Assembly (NCBI GenBank): GCA_049324235.1
Contig: JBMOLJ010000060.1
Location: 135 to 64,134 of the forward strand
DNA length: 64,000 bases
Reading direction: 5' to 3'
From: Bacillota bacterium
GTDB taxonomy: Bacteria; Bacillota; Clostridia; Christensenellales; UBA1431
In this document: piece after piece, positions 62,497 to 64,000 of the stretch
How the letters are laid out: each line of letters begins with the position of its first letter
Numbering within the stretch: position 1 is the stretch's first letter
Notes under the pieces: generated by a model
Databases searched by the model: none
The model's input: the letters and a program-made list of their open reading frames with translations, nothing else
What the model was told of the DNA's origin: nothing
Position numbers and translations under genes: made by a program

Positions 62497-63687
62497 TTGA
62501 ATGATTTAAAGAAGCTGAACCTGAAAATGCACGCGCTGGTCATTTTCCGCCGTCTGCTGAGCGACGCATTGCTCACGCGCCTGTCCGGTCTGCTCGCCTG
62601 CGCCGGTAAGCCTTTGGCGGAGCGGGTGAATAATTATGCATCCTTCGTTTCCCTGCTTTATACGGAAAACGGCAATCTCACCGATTCCATACTTGAGCGT
62701 GTCCTGTCGGACGAAAATATCTATGTTTTGAAGCGCGCGCAAAACCAGCCAACCGGCAGCCGGCTTGAAGAATGCCTGCTGCATGAGCTGAAAGTCCTGG
62801 AAGAGATTTCGCAACTGACAGCCCAGCAGGTAAGGGAATTTCTGGGTTATGACGGGTACCTGCCGGTCTGGGAAACCACGGCTGTCGATTTTCACACCGC
62901 TTACATGAACCGCATGGACAACATTTCCTCCATAGGATACGGCATGTTTTCAAAGCATCATATGTTCGTTGTGAAGAACGGCGCCATCTCTCCGGTCAGG
63001 TCGCCTGATTGCATACAGTTATCCGATCTCAAAAGCTATGAGGCGGAACGTCAGGCGGTGATCGCGAACACGCTCGCTTTACTTAAAGGAAAACCGGCGG
63101 CCAACGTCCTTTTGTACGGCGACGCCGGAACAGGAAAATCGTCCACGGTCAAAGCAATCGTCAATGCGTATAAGGGCCGGGGGCTGCGGCTGATCGAGAT
63201 CACAAAAACGCAGTTTCGGGATATACCTGTAATCGCACAGGAACTGAGCGCGAATCCGTTAAAATTCATTCTGTTTATCGACGATCTCTCGTTTACTGGC
63301 GACAACGACGATTTCAGGGCGTTAAAGGCGGTTCTGGAAGGCTCTGTGTTTGCAAAGACTGTCAATGTGGCGATATATGCGACCAGCAACAGGCGGCATC
63401 TGGTAAAAGAGTCGTTCTCGGACAGGGCCGGAGACGACATCCACCGCAACGAAACCATACAGGAACTTGCTTCCCTGTCCGAGCGTTTCGGGCTTTCGGT
63501 CAATTTCTTCAAGCCGGATAAGGAGCGGTATCTGGAGATAATCCGCGGGCTGAAAACGCAGTACGGCATCAGGGTGCAGGATGATGAGCTGGAAAAAGAA
63601 GCGGAAATGTACGCGCTCAGACGCGGCGGACGCTCCCCCAGGATCGCGCGCCAGTTCATGGACTACCTTATCAGCATCGAGGAGTAA
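62497..63687 (+). CDS. DUF815-family AAA-type ATPase
   Basis: Walker A LLYGDAGTGKSS, Walker B FILFIDDL, and C-terminal RGGRSPR. TTG start at 62497, or the internal ATG at codon 11. Confidence 0.8.
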   Translation: MNDLKKLNLKMHALVIFRRLLSDALLTRLSGLLACAGKPLAERVNNYASFVSLLYTENGNLTDSILERVLSDENIYVLKRAQNQPTGSRLEECLLHELKVLEEISQLTAQQVREFLGYDGYLPVWETTAVDFHTAYMNRMDNISSIGYGMFSKHHMFVVKNGAISPVRSPDCIQLSDLKSYEAERQAVIANTLALLKGKPAANVLLYGDAGTGKSSTVKAIVNAYKGRGLRLIEITKTQFRDIPVIAQELSANPLKFILFIDDLSFTGDNDDFRALKAVLEGSVFAKTVNVAIYATSNRRHLVKESFSDRAGDDIHRNETIQELASLSERFGLSVNFFKPDKERYLEIIRGLKTQYGIRVQDDELEKEAEMYALRRGGRSPRIARQFMDYLISIEE

Positions 63688-63754
63688 GACTGTGTAGGAA
63701 AGAAACGCGGTTTGCCCGTTCTGGCTATTTGATAAAGTATCTTTTTGTATTAAA

Positions 63755-63797
63755 ATTCTTCGGCCGCAAAGATTCTTCCGCTATACTCAGATGACGG
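63755..63797. repeat. Family-A repeat, half copy
   Basis: ATTCTTCGGCCGCAAAGATTCTTCCGCTATACTCAGATGAC resembles the right arm of the other family-A copies. Confidence 0.5.
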
Positions 63798-64000
63798 ACA
63801 TAGGTTTTCGATAAACTGAATGCGGCTGAATAAGCCGCATTTTTATGAATTCCTACACGGTCAGCCATTTCGTTTGCGCTTTTTCCCACCGGCCGTGCAG
63901 AAACCTGGCCATAATGCAGGGCGGGACGAGTTTGCCCGCGATGCTGAATATCCGGTTGACGATACCAGGAATGTAGATTCTTTTTTTGCAAAGCGCTCTT

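Noticed and set aside
63725-63991. 88-aa minus-strand ORF at the window end.
   Set aside because: It runs through a family-A half repeat and has no RBS or recognisable motif. The window ends before any context can be judged.
1-64000. Search by eye for rRNA, tRNA, CRISPR arrays, transposases, integrases, prophage genes and toxin-antitoxin or recognisable defence systems.
   Set aside because: I found no regularly spaced direct repeats, no tRNA-like GGTTCGAATCC arms, and no DDE, tyrosine or serine recombinase-like or phage structural ORFs. Absence is based on visual inspection only and should be confirmed with tRNAscan-SE, Infernal, CRISPR finders and defence-system HMMs.

Overview
This 64 kb window is chromosomal DNA with a Clostridia/Firmicutes character. 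GGAGG-type ribosome binding sites are common, and Firmicutes-typical families are present (GlpP, YmaF, YlbF, DUF1540, Bce-like module, secretin-less Tad locus). Coding density is high and most genes lie on the minus strand. I saw no rRNA, tRNA, CRISPR array, transposase, integrase or phage genes.

Main blocks, in order:
- Lipoproteins, tam and pckG (0.5-6.3 kb).
- A poly-HAMP chemoreceptor (6.8-9.1 kb).
- An SDR, a CdaR regulator with a divergent unknown membrane protein, and an amino acid permease (9.6-14.9 kb).
- A BceRS/AB-like peptide-antibiotic sensing module (15.1-20.4 kb).
- A Cam-type gamma carbonic anhydrase and an MFS transporter.
- A split activase plus two DUF2229 genes (22.8-25.7 kb).
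- An orphan PocR histidine kinase and an EAL phosphodiesterase.
- A MoxR-VWA operon (31.2-33.8 kb).
- A complete Gram-positive-type Tad/Flp pilus operon (34.7-43.7 kb).
- argJ.
- A polyol dehydrogenase and FGGY kinase pair.
- A glpP / glpK / G3P-dehydrogenase operon extended by a GlcD-like oxidase and a cysteine-depleted GlcF-like partner (49.8-58.1 kb).
- Cell-wall enzymes (M14 peptidase, GH18) and a DUF815 ATPase.

The strongest non-obvious signal is a c-di-GMP-I (GEMM) riboswitch with its own promoter in the leader of the Tad operon. The ORF track offers only a spurious ORF there. A 54-codon Flp pilin gene is absent from the track. Two families of hairpin-rich intergenic repeats recur through the window, including inside operons. 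Many long ORFs in the track are antisense artefacts of GC-rich coding DNA and were not called.
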